Shown: positions 26,769 to 36,045 of the stretch, one piece after another
How the letters are laid out: each line of letters starts with the position of its first letter
Position numbering within the stretch: position 1 is the first letter of the stretch
Notes under the pieces: generated by a model
The model's input: the letters and a program-made list of their open reading frames with translations, nothing else
The model's database searches: none
What the model was told of the DNA's origin: nothing
From: a virus
Direction: 5' to 3' (one strand)
Virus record (IMG/VR): IMGVR_UViG_3300047554_000255
Span: 1 to 64,000 of that record
DNA: 64,000 nt
Program-made: the position numbers and the translations under genes

Positions 26769-27443
26769 TTAGTTATGTGTAATAGTCCAACCTCTTGATA
26801 CAAGAGTAGCTTTACTAGCCAAACCTGCAGATGACGGAGTAGCATTAGCCCCACCGTCTAAATATACTTGGTTGTTAGTAGCACCAGTAGCAACAAACTT
26901 AGCTAAAAGATTATCTACTGTAGCTTGACTTAAAGCGTTCCCGTTAAATGAAAACCAAGCATTGTTTGGTAATGTTGCAAGAACAGGAATGTTTATAGTA
27001 GTTAATGATTGACAGTTGTTTACTGAAAAAATAGCCATTCCAGTATTTATAGCTGTTGTAAAAGCAGGTAAACTTAAAGTAACTAATTGATTTGCATTAC
27101 TAACACTAAGTGATCCTATATCAAAAGTTGGAAGAGTTATAGTTGTTGATGTTGCACCGTTACCAAAATATACTTCTAAAAAGGTCTTAACTTCAACACT
27201 TTGATTACCAGAAGCTGTAGTAATATAGCCCATAGTAACAGGTCTAACTTGTTGATTACTACTAACTACTGTACCATCAGCTATAATATCTAATGTAAGA
27301 GGTTGAGAACCTCCACTAGCTGCTAAATCAGCAATAGCTTGAGCTGTTACTTTCTTTGTAGTACCTGCTTGTACTATTGGTAATACTTCTGTACCTGCTA
27401 ATGCAGATGCTGAAGCTAATTCACTAATGCGTTTATTTGCCAT
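26769..27443 (-). CDS. tail appendage/fibre-like protein
   Basis: N-terminal MANKRISEL...GTEVLPIVQ.GTTKKVT module typical of phage fibres; LRR-like C-terminus. Confidence 0.6.
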   Translation of the reverse strand: MANKRISELASASALAGTEVLPIVQAGTTKKVTAQAIADLAASGGSQPLTLDIIADGTVVSSNQQVRPVTMGYITTASGNQSVEVKTFLEVYFGNGATSTTITLPTFDIGSLSVSNANQLVTLSLPAFTTAINTGMAIFSVNNCQSLTTINIPVLATLPNNAWFSFNGNALSQATVDNLLAKFVATGATNNQVYLDGGANATPSSAGLASKATLVSRGWTITHN

Positions 27444-27462
27444 GTTTAATGTATGTTAAATG

Positions 27463-27780
27463 TTATAGTATGATTAAGTCTTCGTTTTCTGCAACTAGAC
27501 TAAAGTTGTCTTCTGTTAATAGGCTTACTGATCCTCCTGCTGTAACGTCTAAGATGTTACCTTTAGGTACTGTAAGAACAGCAGCTAATGAGTTAGGTAT
27601 AATAGCACCTTTTTTGTTTATACGAACAATGTACTTTAACCCATCAGGATGAGTTGGTAAAACCGTGTTACTAGATATTTCTAGACTATCAGCTGGAACT
27701 TTACCAGTAGTACCCATCATAGTGCCAGGGATTGGAAACCCTAAAGCATCTTTCTGAGCATAGTATTTTAATGTTGCCAT
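27463..27780 (-). CDS. small structural protein, paralogue of 26262-26516
   Basis: YAQKDALGFPIPGTMM; C-terminal LLTEDNFSLVAE; start moved to ATG 27780. Confidence 0.7.
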   Translation of the reverse strand: MATLKYYAQKDALGFPIPGTMMGTTGKVPADSLEISSNTVLPTHPDGLKYIVRINKKGAIIPNSLAAVLTVPKGNILDVTAGGSVSLLTEDNFSLVAENEDLIIL

Positions 27781-27813
27781 CTTATATAAAGTTTTAATAG
27801 CGTTAAGCAGTAG

Positions 27814-27844
27814 TTTGGAGATATGAAACAAAGCATTATCTTTG
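27814..27844 (+). promoter_or_regulatory. Bacteroidota sigma-70 promoter of the replication module
   Basis: TTTG(27814-17)-N19-TATCTTTG(27837-44) matches the full -33/-7 consensus. Confidence 0.75.
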
Positions 27845-27864
27845 CATCCCCTTTAGAGAATCTC

Positions 27865-27904
27865 TACATAATAATATATCAAATAATGAACAAATAACCT
27901 AAAC
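27865..27904 (-). promoter_or_regulatory. candidate late promoter (GTTTAGGTT-N17-TATATTATTATGTA)
   Basis: At the head of the - strand block; similar motif at 61335-61379. Confidence 0.45.
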
Positions 27905-27915
27905 AAAAGTAGCCT

Positions 27916-28500
27916 ATGATTATAAACCTCTGGACACCACTGATTCTTAACCGTCTAACACTGAATCAGTTTGTCTACTTAGATTTTAGACACAAGGGTA
28001 TTATACCTCCCCCTGATCTTATTGACAGCCCTAATATTGACAAAGCGTTAATACTTAAAGGGTTCATGACAGATAAAGGAGCTATTACCCCGTCTGGTAT
28101 AAAAATAATAGATGAGTTCTATGCTCAGATCGAGCCAAAGAAGAAAGTCGTTATAACAAACCAGATGAAACATCCGCAGATAGATGATCTGTTACTTGAT
28201 TACCGAGACTACTTCCCAAAAGGTGCAGTATCAGGAAGAGTACTACGTACTAGTCCAACTGATTTAAAGAAACGTTTTAATGACTTCTTTAAAAAGTATC
28301 CTGACTATACCTGGCAAGAAGTATTTGATGCCACTGAAATGTATGCTAATACGTTCAAGAGCAACCCGAATGGATTTACTTATATGAAAAACTCAACCTA
28401 CTTCATAATGAAAGATGGGGTATCCGAACTAGCTTCTACTATCGAGAGTCTTCGTGACACAGATGGTCAAGTTTTGTCGTCAGGATATGTCCATGACTAG
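27916..28500 (+). CDS. hypothetical protein (possible replication initiator/helicase partner)
   Basis: 194 aa, first gene of the replication operon, directly upstream of dnaB. Confidence 0.6.
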   Translation: MIINLWTPLILNRLTLNQFVYLDFRHKGIIPPPDLIDSPNIDKALILKGFMTDKGAITPSGIKIIDEFYAQIEPKKKVVITNQMKHPQIDDLLLDYRDYFPKGAVSGRVLRTSPTDLKKRFNDFFKKYPDYTWQEVFDATEMYANTFKSNPNGFTYMKNSTYFIMKDGVSELASTIESLRDTDGQVLSSGYVHD

Positions 28501-28538
28501 TTGTTTATGTAGTAACTTTTTCGTATTTTTATCTTCCT

Positions 28539-29546
28539 ATGAGCTCACAACTAACAGACATTTTAGACGACGTAGTACCCTTATCGGTCATAAACCAAAA
28601 GGGCTTAGACTACATTGAGAAGCGCAAAACAGGACAGATCAAATCAGTTCAAACACCATGGAACACTATCAACGAGGTTACTATGGGTGGATTTGAATGG
28701 GGAACTATCTCTGTTGTTGCTGCCAGATCAGGAGGTGGTAAGACTACCTTCATGCTTGAGTTAACAAGAAGTGTTCATGACTTGAACCCAACACAGGATT
28801 TTATCGTACTAGACTTTCAGTTTGAAATGACAGACGAGAAGATTGCCTTGAGAGAGTACAGTCAGAAGACAGGCTTGTCCGTAAAGGAACTTGCTAGTGC
28901 AAAGAAGAAACTTGATGACAGTGTTGTCAGCTTTCTTAAAGGTTATGTTGATTACAAGAAAGAAAAATCAGGAGGTGCTGATAAGATCTTTGTCATTACA
29001 AAAAGATGTACTGTATCTAATATTAGAGCATACATACTTGCCATGTGGACAAAGCATCGTAAGCCAATGATTATTACTATTGACCATAGTTATCTTGTAA
29101 TGATGGGTACTGAGAAGAGTGAGCTTGCAATGCTTCACAATCTTGGTACTATGATGACTGAGTTAAAGAAAGCAATACCATGCTTGTTTATCGTTCTTAA
29201 TCAGATGAACAGAGATATCGAGAGTAATGAAAGACGTCAACCAGGTAAAGCTGGTAACTATCCTAATACATCAGATATATATGGTGGTGATGCTTTGTAT
29301 AACCATGCTGACTTAATGCTTGCACTAGACAGACCTTTTGAAAAGAACCTAATGATTTACGGTCCTAATAAGTACAAAGTAGAACAAGACCACGTTGCTG
29401 TTCACGTACTAAAAGCTAGAGATGGTAAATCAGATGCTGTGTTATTCTTTAGAGGTGACTTTGCAGCAAACAAGTTCATTGAATGTCCCGAACCTGATAG
29501 AGACGTTGATGCTATCAGTACTAGAAGAAGAGTAGTAAATCCTTAA
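28539..29546 (+). CDS. dnaB: DnaB-like replicative helicase (C-terminal domain)
   Basis: AARSGGGKT, FQFEM, ITIDH, LNQMNRDIE, SDIYGGD, LKARDG. Confidence 0.9.
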   Translation: MSSQLTDILDDVVPLSVINQKGLDYIEKRKTGQIKSVQTPWNTINEVTMGGFEWGTISVVAARSGGGKTTFMLELTRSVHDLNPTQDFIVLDFQFEMTDEKIALREYSQKTGLSVKELASAKKKLDDSVVSFLKGYVDYKKEKSGGADKIFVITKRCTVSNIRAYILAMWTKHRKPMIITIDHSYLVMMGTEKSELAMLHNLGTMMTELKKAIPCLFIVLNQMNRDIESNERRQPGKAGNYPNTSDIYGGDALYNHADLMLALDRPFEKNLMIYGPNKYKVEQDHVAVHVLKARDGKSDAVLFFRGDFAANKFIECPEPDRDVDAISTRRRVVNP

Positions 29547-29548
29547 TA

Positions 29549-30295
29549 ATGTTAATAAATATGATCAATCAATTGAAGGGACAGTTTAGTATACTGAACT
29601 CAGTTCCAAAAGCAGTGCCTGACTTAGGCCCGAATGTACTTAGTAAAACAAACATGACTATCGACGAGAAGAAACAGTTGTATAGTAAGCTAACTCAGTT
29701 TCATAAAGATGCTTTAGCTGACTATGGTTTCCCAAACGCAAAGGTTGAGTTTAAAACTATCTGGCATGATGCCACAACAGACCTGGATTCAGTAAACATC
29801 TATGGTAATCAGTTTAGACGTAACTTCTTCTTTGAGATATTGAAGTCTTCAGAAGATAAGAAAGGTTATGTAGCAATGGATGAACGTATCTTATTTACAG
29901 TAGATACAGATTGTCCTTACTGGGAACAGTATCCATTAGCAAACGTTAATGCTAATAACTTGCCAGATGCAGTAGAGAATAGATTGTATAGTGTTCCTTT
30001 AGCAGATCTTATACCAGTTAATGTAAAAAGATCTCCTATATCTACAGCACAACAATCTCGTGCAACAAGAGTACAGCATGCATATGCACCATTACAAGAT
30101 GAACCTGAAGTATCACAAGCAGTACTTGACTTTGAGTTAGAGCAGTTATCATCAAATGATTTTAAAGCAGAAGATCAACACTATAGTAATCTTAGTGTAC
30201 TTGACTTGCTTGCAATCATTCAGTGTGAGCCAATAAGCTCAAAAGATTATCTTAACGAAGCAATAAAGAAAGTAAAACAAAAAAGAAGCAAATAA
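29549..30295 (+). CDS. hypothetical protein
   Basis: 248-aa ORF in the replication operon. Confidence 0.7.
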   Translation: MLINMINQLKGQFSILNSVPKAVPDLGPNVLSKTNMTIDEKKQLYSKLTQFHKDALADYGFPNAKVEFKTIWHDATTDLDSVNIYGNQFRRNFFFEILKSSEDKKGYVAMDERILFTVDTDCPYWEQYPLANVNANNLPDAVENRLYSVPLADLIPVNVKRSPISTAQQSRATRVQHAYAPLQDEPEVSQAVLDFELEQLSSNDFKAEDQHYSNLSVLDLLAIIQCEPISSKDYLNEAIKKVKQKRSK

Positions 30296-31035
30296 TGGAA
30301 GAGTTCTCATTACCTATAGATAAAGTTAAGGCGGAAGTAAAGAATCCAAAGAATCTTGTTATATTCGCAAAACCAAAAGTTGGAAAGACTGAGTTACTAG
30401 CAGGACTACCTGATTGTCTAATCTTAGACCTTGAGAGTGGTACTGACTATGTTGATGCATTGAAGATCAAGGCAACATCTGTTAGAGACATAAAAGCCAT
30501 CGGTGAGCAGATCTTAAAAGCAAATAAACCGTATAAGTACATCGCAGTAGATACAATCACTGCACTTGAAGACATCTGTTTACCATTCGCAGAAGAGTTA
30601 TATGGAAAGACTTCGATGGGAAAGAACTGGTTAACAGAAGGTAAGCCTAAGTATACAAGCTTATTGAACTTACCAAACGGCGCGGGTTATCCGTGGTTAC
30701 GTGAGGCATTCACAAAAGTTATTGATTACATCAAGACTCTTGCTCCTCACATTATTTTAGTTGGACACGTTAAAGATACGATGTTAGAAAAGAACGGAGC
30801 AGAAGTAAATGTTCTTGACTTAGATCTAACAGGTAAGCTTAAACGTATTACCACATCGAATTCAGATGCTATTGGTTATCTGTATCGCAAGGGAAAGCAA
30901 AACTTTCTGAGCTTTAAAACAACAGATGAAATCTCATGTGGGGCTAGACCAACTCACTTAAGAGATCAGGAGTTTATGGTATCAGAGATGACACCAACAG
31001 GTCTGGTAACGTATTGGGACCAAGTATTCATTTAA
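30295..31035 (+). CDS. AAA_24/Sak4-like ATPase (single-strand annealing recombinase)
   Basis: FAKPKVGKT, LILDLESG, IAVDTIT, ILVGH, DAIGY. Confidence 0.85.
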   Translation: MEEFSLPIDKVKAEVKNPKNLVIFAKPKVGKTELLAGLPDCLILDLESGTDYVDALKIKATSVRDIKAIGEQILKANKPYKYIAVDTITALEDICLPFAEELYGKTSMGKNWLTEGKPKYTSLLNLPNGAGYPWLREAFTKVIDYIKTLAPHIILVGHVKDTMLEKNGAEVNVLDLDLTGKLKRITTSNSDAIGYLYRKGKQNFLSFKTTDEISCGARPTHLRDQEFMVSEMTPTGLVTYWDQVFI

Positions 31036-31065
31036 TGTAAACAACAATAATAAACAAAAACAATC

Positions 31066-31758
31066 ATGATTAGTACAAAAGATTTCGCAGCAGTAGAAGA
31101 AAAAGTAGCAAAGACTAGCCCAATTATCGGACCAGGTACAACAGAAGCACGTATTCTTAATGTTCAGTTAACTAAAAACCGTAGTTTTGATACTGATGGT
31201 TCAGTTAGCTTAGTTCTAAACTTAGAAACTCCAGCAGTAACAGATCCAAACTTCCAAGGTTTCTTTATTAATCCTAATGATCCATCTAGCCCTCGTCACT
31301 TGGGTCAGATTGGTCGTGTGAAGTACAAAGCATATCCAATGAAGGATAGCACTGTTACTCGTAATATGCCAGATGGTACTACAAAGACTATCAACAACAA
31401 GCGTGATAATGAGTATTTACAAGCAGTAATCAACTTAGCAAACACTTTAGGTGCTCCTATTAGAGATGCCGTTGATAACATTGCAGCATCTACTATCTTT
31501 GATCACGTTGATGCAGTATCTAAGATATTTGCTAACCGTTCAATGGTATTTACTATTGCAGCAAGCGGATATAAGAATGCAAAAGGTTATACTGCGTATG
31601 ACTTGTTCTTACCATATGACAAGACAGGAAAGAAAGCTTATGTGTTAAAGGGTAACGAAGCTGATCTTATTGCTTTTGATAAGTCACTACATGTTAGTGA
31701 ACCAAAAGAAGATAAACCAGTTGCAGGTTTCGAACCAAACAACGACTTCAGCTTATAG
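31066..31758 (+). CDS. putative single-stranded DNA-binding protein
   Basis: Follows the Sak4-like gene; beta-rich; acidic/aromatic C-terminal tail (FEPNNDFSL). Confidence 0.5.
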   Translation: MISTKDFAAVEEKVAKTSPIIGPGTTEARILNVQLTKNRSFDTDGSVSLVLNLETPAVTDPNFQGFFINPNDPSSPRHLGQIGRVKYKAYPMKDSTVTRNMPDGTTKTINNKRDNEYLQAVINLANTLGAPIRDAVDNIAASTIFDHVDAVSKIFANRSMVFTIAASGYKNAKGYTAYDLFLPYDKTGKKAYVLKGNEADLIAFDKSLHVSEPKEDKPVAGFEPNNDFSL

Positions 31759-31782
31759 TATTAGTGGTTAGGTGATGTAAGA

Positions 31783-31816
31783 AAGGGTGGGGATTTTATC
31801 TCTGCCCTTCTTTTTT
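31783..31816 (+). terminator. Rho-independent terminator
   Basis: AAGGGTGGGGAT/ATCTCTGCCCTT stem followed by a T-run. Confidence 0.7.
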
Positions 31817-31837
31817 CTCCTTTAATTACAACAGGTT

Positions 31838-32848
31838 ATGCTAAGTACAAAAAACTTAATATCAGATGTTAAGCTCGTACCATCAACGTGGATATTTGAG
31901 CACTATTGCAAGCTCCCTGACAAGCTTGTTGGTCAAGACCTTAAGGTAAAGAGTCTTTTCAATCCAAAGGAACGTACACCAAGTATGTGTATCTACTTTG
32001 ATCAGAAGAAAAGTATCTATAAGTTTAAGGACTTCTCAACAGATAAGGGTGGTGGGGCTATTGATTTAGTAAAGCATTTGTACCAGTGTAGCTTTGGACA
32101 GGCAAGTGGAACTATTATTGAGGATTACAATGAGTTTATCTTACATAATAATGGAGGCTTTGATGTTCAAGAGTTTAAAAGCTATAGTAAATACCGTGTT
32201 AAGGATACAACTACACGGCCCTGGACAACAGCAGATCAATACTACTGGACTAAGTTTAACATAGGCAGTAGATTACTTGATGAGCATAATGTTAGGCCCT
32301 TACAATCCTACATTATGGCTAAAGAAGAAGACGGTCAACACAAAGAGCTTGAGATATTAGGCAAGCATTTGTATGGCTACTTTACTAGTGATGATCAGGT
32401 GTATAAGATATACCAACCCACTGTAAAGGATAAAAAGTTTATTAAGGTTGCGAACTATATACAAGGTTCAGAGCAACTAAAAGGACATGATTACTTAGTT
32501 ATTACCTCTAGTCTTAAAGACTTGATGGCATTAAAATCATTAAAGCTTAGTGTTGATGTGATTGCACCAGACTCTGAGAACACAATGATAAAGCAAGAAC
32601 TCATTGATAAGTATAAGACTCAATATAAGAAGATTATTACTATCTTTGACAACGATGAGGCAGGACTTCGAGCAATGAAGAAGTATCAAGAGCATTATGA
32701 TATACCTTATGTTCACTTAAAGATGAGCAAAGATTTAGCTGATGCTATTAGAGACTTTGGACCTAGAGAAGTAATGATCAACTTAGTTCCTTTAATAACA
32801 AAACACGTAGTAGATAATGAGTCAGACAACTTGGATGCACAAGCGTAA
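31838..32848 (+). CDS. dnaG: DNA primase (DnaG-like, TOPRIM)
   Basis: ERTPSM...FKDFS...GGAIDLV N-domain; FDNDEAG; KDLADAI. Confidence 0.85.
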   Translation: MLSTKNLISDVKLVPSTWIFEHYCKLPDKLVGQDLKVKSLFNPKERTPSMCIYFDQKKSIYKFKDFSTDKGGGAIDLVKHLYQCSFGQASGTIIEDYNEFILHNNGGFDVQEFKSYSKYRVKDTTTRPWTTADQYYWTKFNIGSRLLDEHNVRPLQSYIMAKEEDGQHKELEILGKHLYGYFTSDDQVYKIYQPTVKDKKFIKVANYIQGSEQLKGHDYLVITSSLKDLMALKSLKLSVDVIAPDSENTMIKQELIDKYKTQYKKIITIFDNDEAGLRAMKKYQEHYDIPYVHLKMSKDLADAIRDFGPREVMINLVPLITKHVVDNESDNLDAQA

Positions 32849-33260
32849 AGCTATCACTTCTCTTGATAAGCTTCCTAATTACCACGAACTAGAAGGATTT
32901 GTCTATAAGATCACTAACCTAACAACAGGTCAGATCTATATAGGAAAAAAGTCTTTGTACCATACAAAGAAGAAAAGAATCTCAGCACGTAGTAAAGCAG
33001 AAACAAAAACAAGAAAGACATTCGAGTATATAAAGAAAGAGTCAGACTGGTTAAAGTATTATGGATCAAGCAAAGAACTATCAGCAGATGTTAAGTTACT
33101 TGGCGTAGAGCAGTTCTCAAGAGAGATCTTAGAGTTATGTAAAACAAAGAAGTACTTGACATATGCTGAGTTTGCTTGGCAAGTTAAGTTAGATGTATTA
33201 AGAACAAACTCCTATAACGGAAACATACTAGGTAAATGGTATGGTCGTGATATGGAATAA
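32817..33260 (+). CDS. GIY-YIG nuclease
   Basis: GFVYKITNLTTGQIYIGKK, SDWLKYYGSS, REIL, SYNGNI. Confidence 0.85.
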   Translation: MSQTTWMHKRKAITSLDKLPNYHELEGFVYKITNLTTGQIYIGKKSLYHTKKKRISARSKAETKTRKTFEYIKKESDWLKYYGSSKELSADVKLLGVEQFSREILELCKTKKYLTYAEFAWQVKLDVLRTNSYNGNILGKWYGRDME

Positions 33261-33271
33261 ATAAAACTATT

Positions 33272-33616
33272 ATGCCAGAACTACATGAAACACTGATGGG
33301 TCAGAAGCTGATATCAACAAATATCCCTGGTATCCATCACGAATTAAAACGCATTGCAGACTTGTTAGAAACTTATGTTGTGATGCAAACAAAAAAACTA
33401 AGACCTAGCGATGACAGAAGTATTGTTCTCGTAAAACCAGGTATATACAGAGTAACTCTCTGTGGAGATTTATGGACACTAGAACAAGATAGATTCAACT
33501 CAAAAATATGGAGAGGTGTATTAGAAACTAGTGTAAGTACAAAGAAAGTTGGTACATCAGTAAAAGCACAAACAAAAAGAGATGCTCTTATAATGATGGA
33601 AGAAAAGTATAGTTAA
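33272..33616 (+). CDS. hypothetical protein
   Basis: 114-aa ORF. Confidence 0.65.
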   Translation: MPELHETLMGQKLISTNIPGIHHELKRIADLLETYVVMQTKKLRPSDDRSIVLVKPGIYRVTLCGDLWTLEQDRFNSKIWRGVLETSVSTKKVGTSVKAQTKRDALIMMEEKYS

Positions 33617-33617
33617 T

Positions 33618-33791
33618 ATGGAAGACCCAATTATTGAAGCTGTTATAGAACAGATGAAGGAAGACTTTGCGATGCAGGATGTAACAGCTATCTATGAATT
33701 ACTAGAGTTCCTTCCAAAGAAAAACTTATTAGGCTATCTACCAGAAGAGGTAGCAGAACAACTTAAACAACAAAAACATGGCGGACAATAA
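33618..33791 (+). CDS. 57-aa hypothetical protein (MEDPIIEAVIEQ...)
   Basis: Translated by hand; fills a gap in the operon. Confidence 0.6.
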   Translation: MEDPIIEAVIEQMKEDFAMQDVTAIYELLEFLPKKNLLGYLPEEVAEQLKQQKHGGQ

Positions 33792-33957
33792 AAACATTGA
33801 AGAAGCTTGTGTTGATTTGATTGGCTTTCTTGAAAGAATAGAGTCAACAACAAACGATAAGATAACAGGTGCTGAGATTCGTAATTACATGTATCAACAA
33901 GGATACTGGTCAAAAGAAGAAGAGCATGATCACAATAATGAATCAACTGGTATCTAA
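33778..33957 (+). CDS. 59-aa hypothetical protein (MADNKNIEEAC...)
   Basis: Translated by hand; stop lies 1 nt before the next ATG. Confidence 0.6.
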   Translation: MADNKNIEEACVDLIGFLERIESTTNDKITGAEIRNYMYQQGYWSKEEEHDHNNESTGI

Positions 33958-33958
33958 T

Positions 33959-34957
33959 ATGGAAGAGCAAATATTAATGAATAGCTTCTATGAGAAGCCT
34001 TTTCAGTTTAGTTACAGTAGTCTTAGTAGATTACTATGGAGTCCAAAGTCTTTTAAAGACGTTTATATCAATGGTATAAGAGAAGAGATTGTTGCAGATC
34101 ACCTTATTAAGGGTAAGCTTATACATAATCTGATCTTAGAACCAGATAGTATTACAAAGAACTATATTGTAATGCCCACTGAGTTACCTGCTGCAAAAGC
34201 AAAGATGGTTATCGATAGAGTGTTTGCACACAAGCAACAACTACAAGATGACTCAAGAGAAGAGCTTGATCAGTTTGGTGGAGCTATCTTAGATATCATG
34301 GCTGACATGAACTACTTTCAGAACTTAAAGACTGATGCCCAGCGTCTTGATAAGATAATAACACTTGACCATCAAGTATACTGGTCTTTCTTAAAGATGA
34401 AGAAGGGTAAAGATCTAATCGATCAAGATACTTTAACGTTCTGTACAGAAGCAGTTAATACGATCAAGAGTCATGCAGATATCTGTGAGTTACTTGGTCT
34501 TCACCTAGATAGCATGTCTGGTAATATTGAGACAGTAAACGAGAAGATGTTCTATATAGAGAAGTTTAAAAACTACCCGTTTGGACTCAAGGGTATTATT
34601 GACAACTTAGTTATCGATCATGATAAGAAGATCATCTATATCAATGACTTAAAGACAACATCAAAAGATCTTATTAACTTTGATGGATCTATTGAGCATT
34701 ATGATTACTGGATGCAAGCTGCTATCTATGTTCAGTTAGTTAATGAAAACTATGCTGATCTTATTGGATACACTATTGAGTTTAACTTCGTTGCTATCGA
34801 TAAAAACTACTGCACATATGCCTTTGGTGTATCAGCAGAAAGTATTATTGCATGGACTGAACGATTAATAGATACTTTAAACAAAGCTAAGTGGCATTAC
34901 GAAGAAAGAAACTACTATCTTCCGTTTGAACTTGCAAGTAAAAAAGTATATTTGTAG
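33959..34957 (+). CDS. PD-(D/E)XK exonuclease (RecE/DUF3799-like)
   Basis: FSYSSL, LKGIIDNL, INDLKTT, YWMQAAIY; start moved to ATG 33959. Confidence 0.85.
   Translation: MEEQILMNSFYEKPFQFSYSSLSRLLWSPKSFKDVYINGIREEIVADHLIKGKLIHNLILEPDSITKNYIVMPTELPAAKAKMVIDRVFAHKQQLQDDSREELDQFGGAILDIMADMNYFQNLKTDAQRLDKIITLDHQVYWSFLKMKKGKDLIDQDTLTFCTEAVNTIKSHADICELLGLHLDSMSGNIETVNEKMFYIEKFKNYPFGLKGIIDNLVIDHDKKIIYINDLKTTSKDLINFDGSIEHYDYWMQAAIYVQLVNENYADLIGYTIEFNFVAIDKNYCTYAFGVSAESIIAWTERLIDTLNKAKWHYEERNYYLPFELASKKVYL
34947..34954 (+). promoter_or_regulatory. Bacteroidota -7 element (TATATTTG)
   Basis: TAnnTTTG 20 nt upstream of ATG 34975. Confidence 0.45.
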
Positions 34958-34974
34958 TATAAAACCAACATACA

Positions 34975-35550
34975 ATGATAGACGCACACAAGATACCATC
35001 GTTATATAGCAGATACTTTCAGAAGTCAAAGACGTTCTTATTACCGTTTGTTCTTACAGATCGTAAGTCAATGACTCAACCTGAGAATGTATACATTGCC
35101 TGGAAAGATAGATATACTGTAAAAGATAAGCGTTTGATTGTTGTTTATAAAGCAGGGAATAAATCCGCTGCGTTCAAGAAGGCGGAGGCTGTACTAACAG
35201 CTTCCCCTTTATTTGAATCAAGAGAAGAGTACAACGATAGGATTATCTTTATCTTTAACTTTACAAAAAAGAGAAGAGACTGGAAGTGTTTTATTGATGG
35301 TAAGTATTCTATGCTTGATGAGGATGCTAAACTAGACATCCTTTACTTCTTTAGAAAAGAACCAAAAGAGTGCACATATATTAACTCATACTTATATCCT
35401 GAATACCACTTTGATCACTACGCAAGCTTACTTGATGTTGATGTTAGAGTACTTCTTGAAGTAGGTGAACTATGTGATAAGTACGACGAAGACAAAGAAA
35501 CACTAACATTAGTTACTGAAGATTTGGAGATCTTAGAAAAAGCTATTTAA
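34975..35550 (+). CDS. hypothetical protein
   Basis: 191 aa; YFQKSKTFLLP...FIDGKYS...VGELCD. Confidence 0.75.
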   Translation: MIDAHKIPSLYSRYFQKSKTFLLPFVLTDRKSMTQPENVYIAWKDRYTVKDKRLIVVYKAGNKSAAFKKAEAVLTASPLFESREEYNDRIIFIFNFTKKRRDWKCFIDGKYSMLDEDAKLDILYFFRKEPKECTYINSYLYPEYHFDHYASLLDVDVRVLLEVGELCDKYDEDKETLTLVTEDLEILEKAI

Positions 35551-35574
35551 TTTGTTAAAAAACCAAACAACATT

Positions 35575-35952
35575 ATGACACACAGTATGTTTATCATCTC
35601 CGCAAAGTGGGGAGAACTTGACAGTTTCCGTATGATTCCATCACACATTGACTGTCCTTATTCAGAATGTATCTATGATGCTTCTCAAGGTATCTTAGCT
35701 ATCATCTCAAAAGAGAAAAGACAAAAGTATCACTTCTTACCTAAGTTAGATGACCGTGGTAAAGTTATACCAGTAAAAAGAAAAGCAGGAGATCCAGAAG
35801 AGTTTACACCTTTTGCTGAAGAAAGACGTTTAATGGAATCATCTTACGAGTATTATATTGAGAATGCAGATGAGATCCTTGACTTTATCCAAAACATGCA
35901 TGACAATACTCAAAAGGTTCACAGTGATTACGAATCTTTGATAAAGAAGTAG
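35575..35952 (+). CDS. hypothetical protein
   Basis: 125-aa ORF. Confidence 0.75.
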   Translation: MTHSMFIISAKWGELDSFRMIPSHIDCPYSECIYDASQGILAIISKEKRQKYHFLPKLDDRGKVIPVKRKAGDPEEFTPFAEERRLMESSYEYYIENADEILDFIQNMHDNTQKVHSDYESLIKK

Positions 35953-35971
35953 TTTAAGTTGCTAATGTACT

Positions 35972-36002
35972 AATGGGAGAGGTTCTGCTTCTCCCATTTT
36001 TT
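35972..36002 (+). terminator. Rho-independent terminator
   Basis: AATGGGAGA...TCTCCCATT stem followed by a T-run. Confidence 0.8.
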
Positions 36003-36045
36003 ATGCACTATACACGGGGGAACAGCTTAACTGAACAACTGCATA

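Noticed and set aside
32817-33260. GIY-YIG gene as a mobile homing endonuclease
   Set aside because: Short single domain with no DNA-binding extension and not inside an intron; more consistent with a resident nuclease
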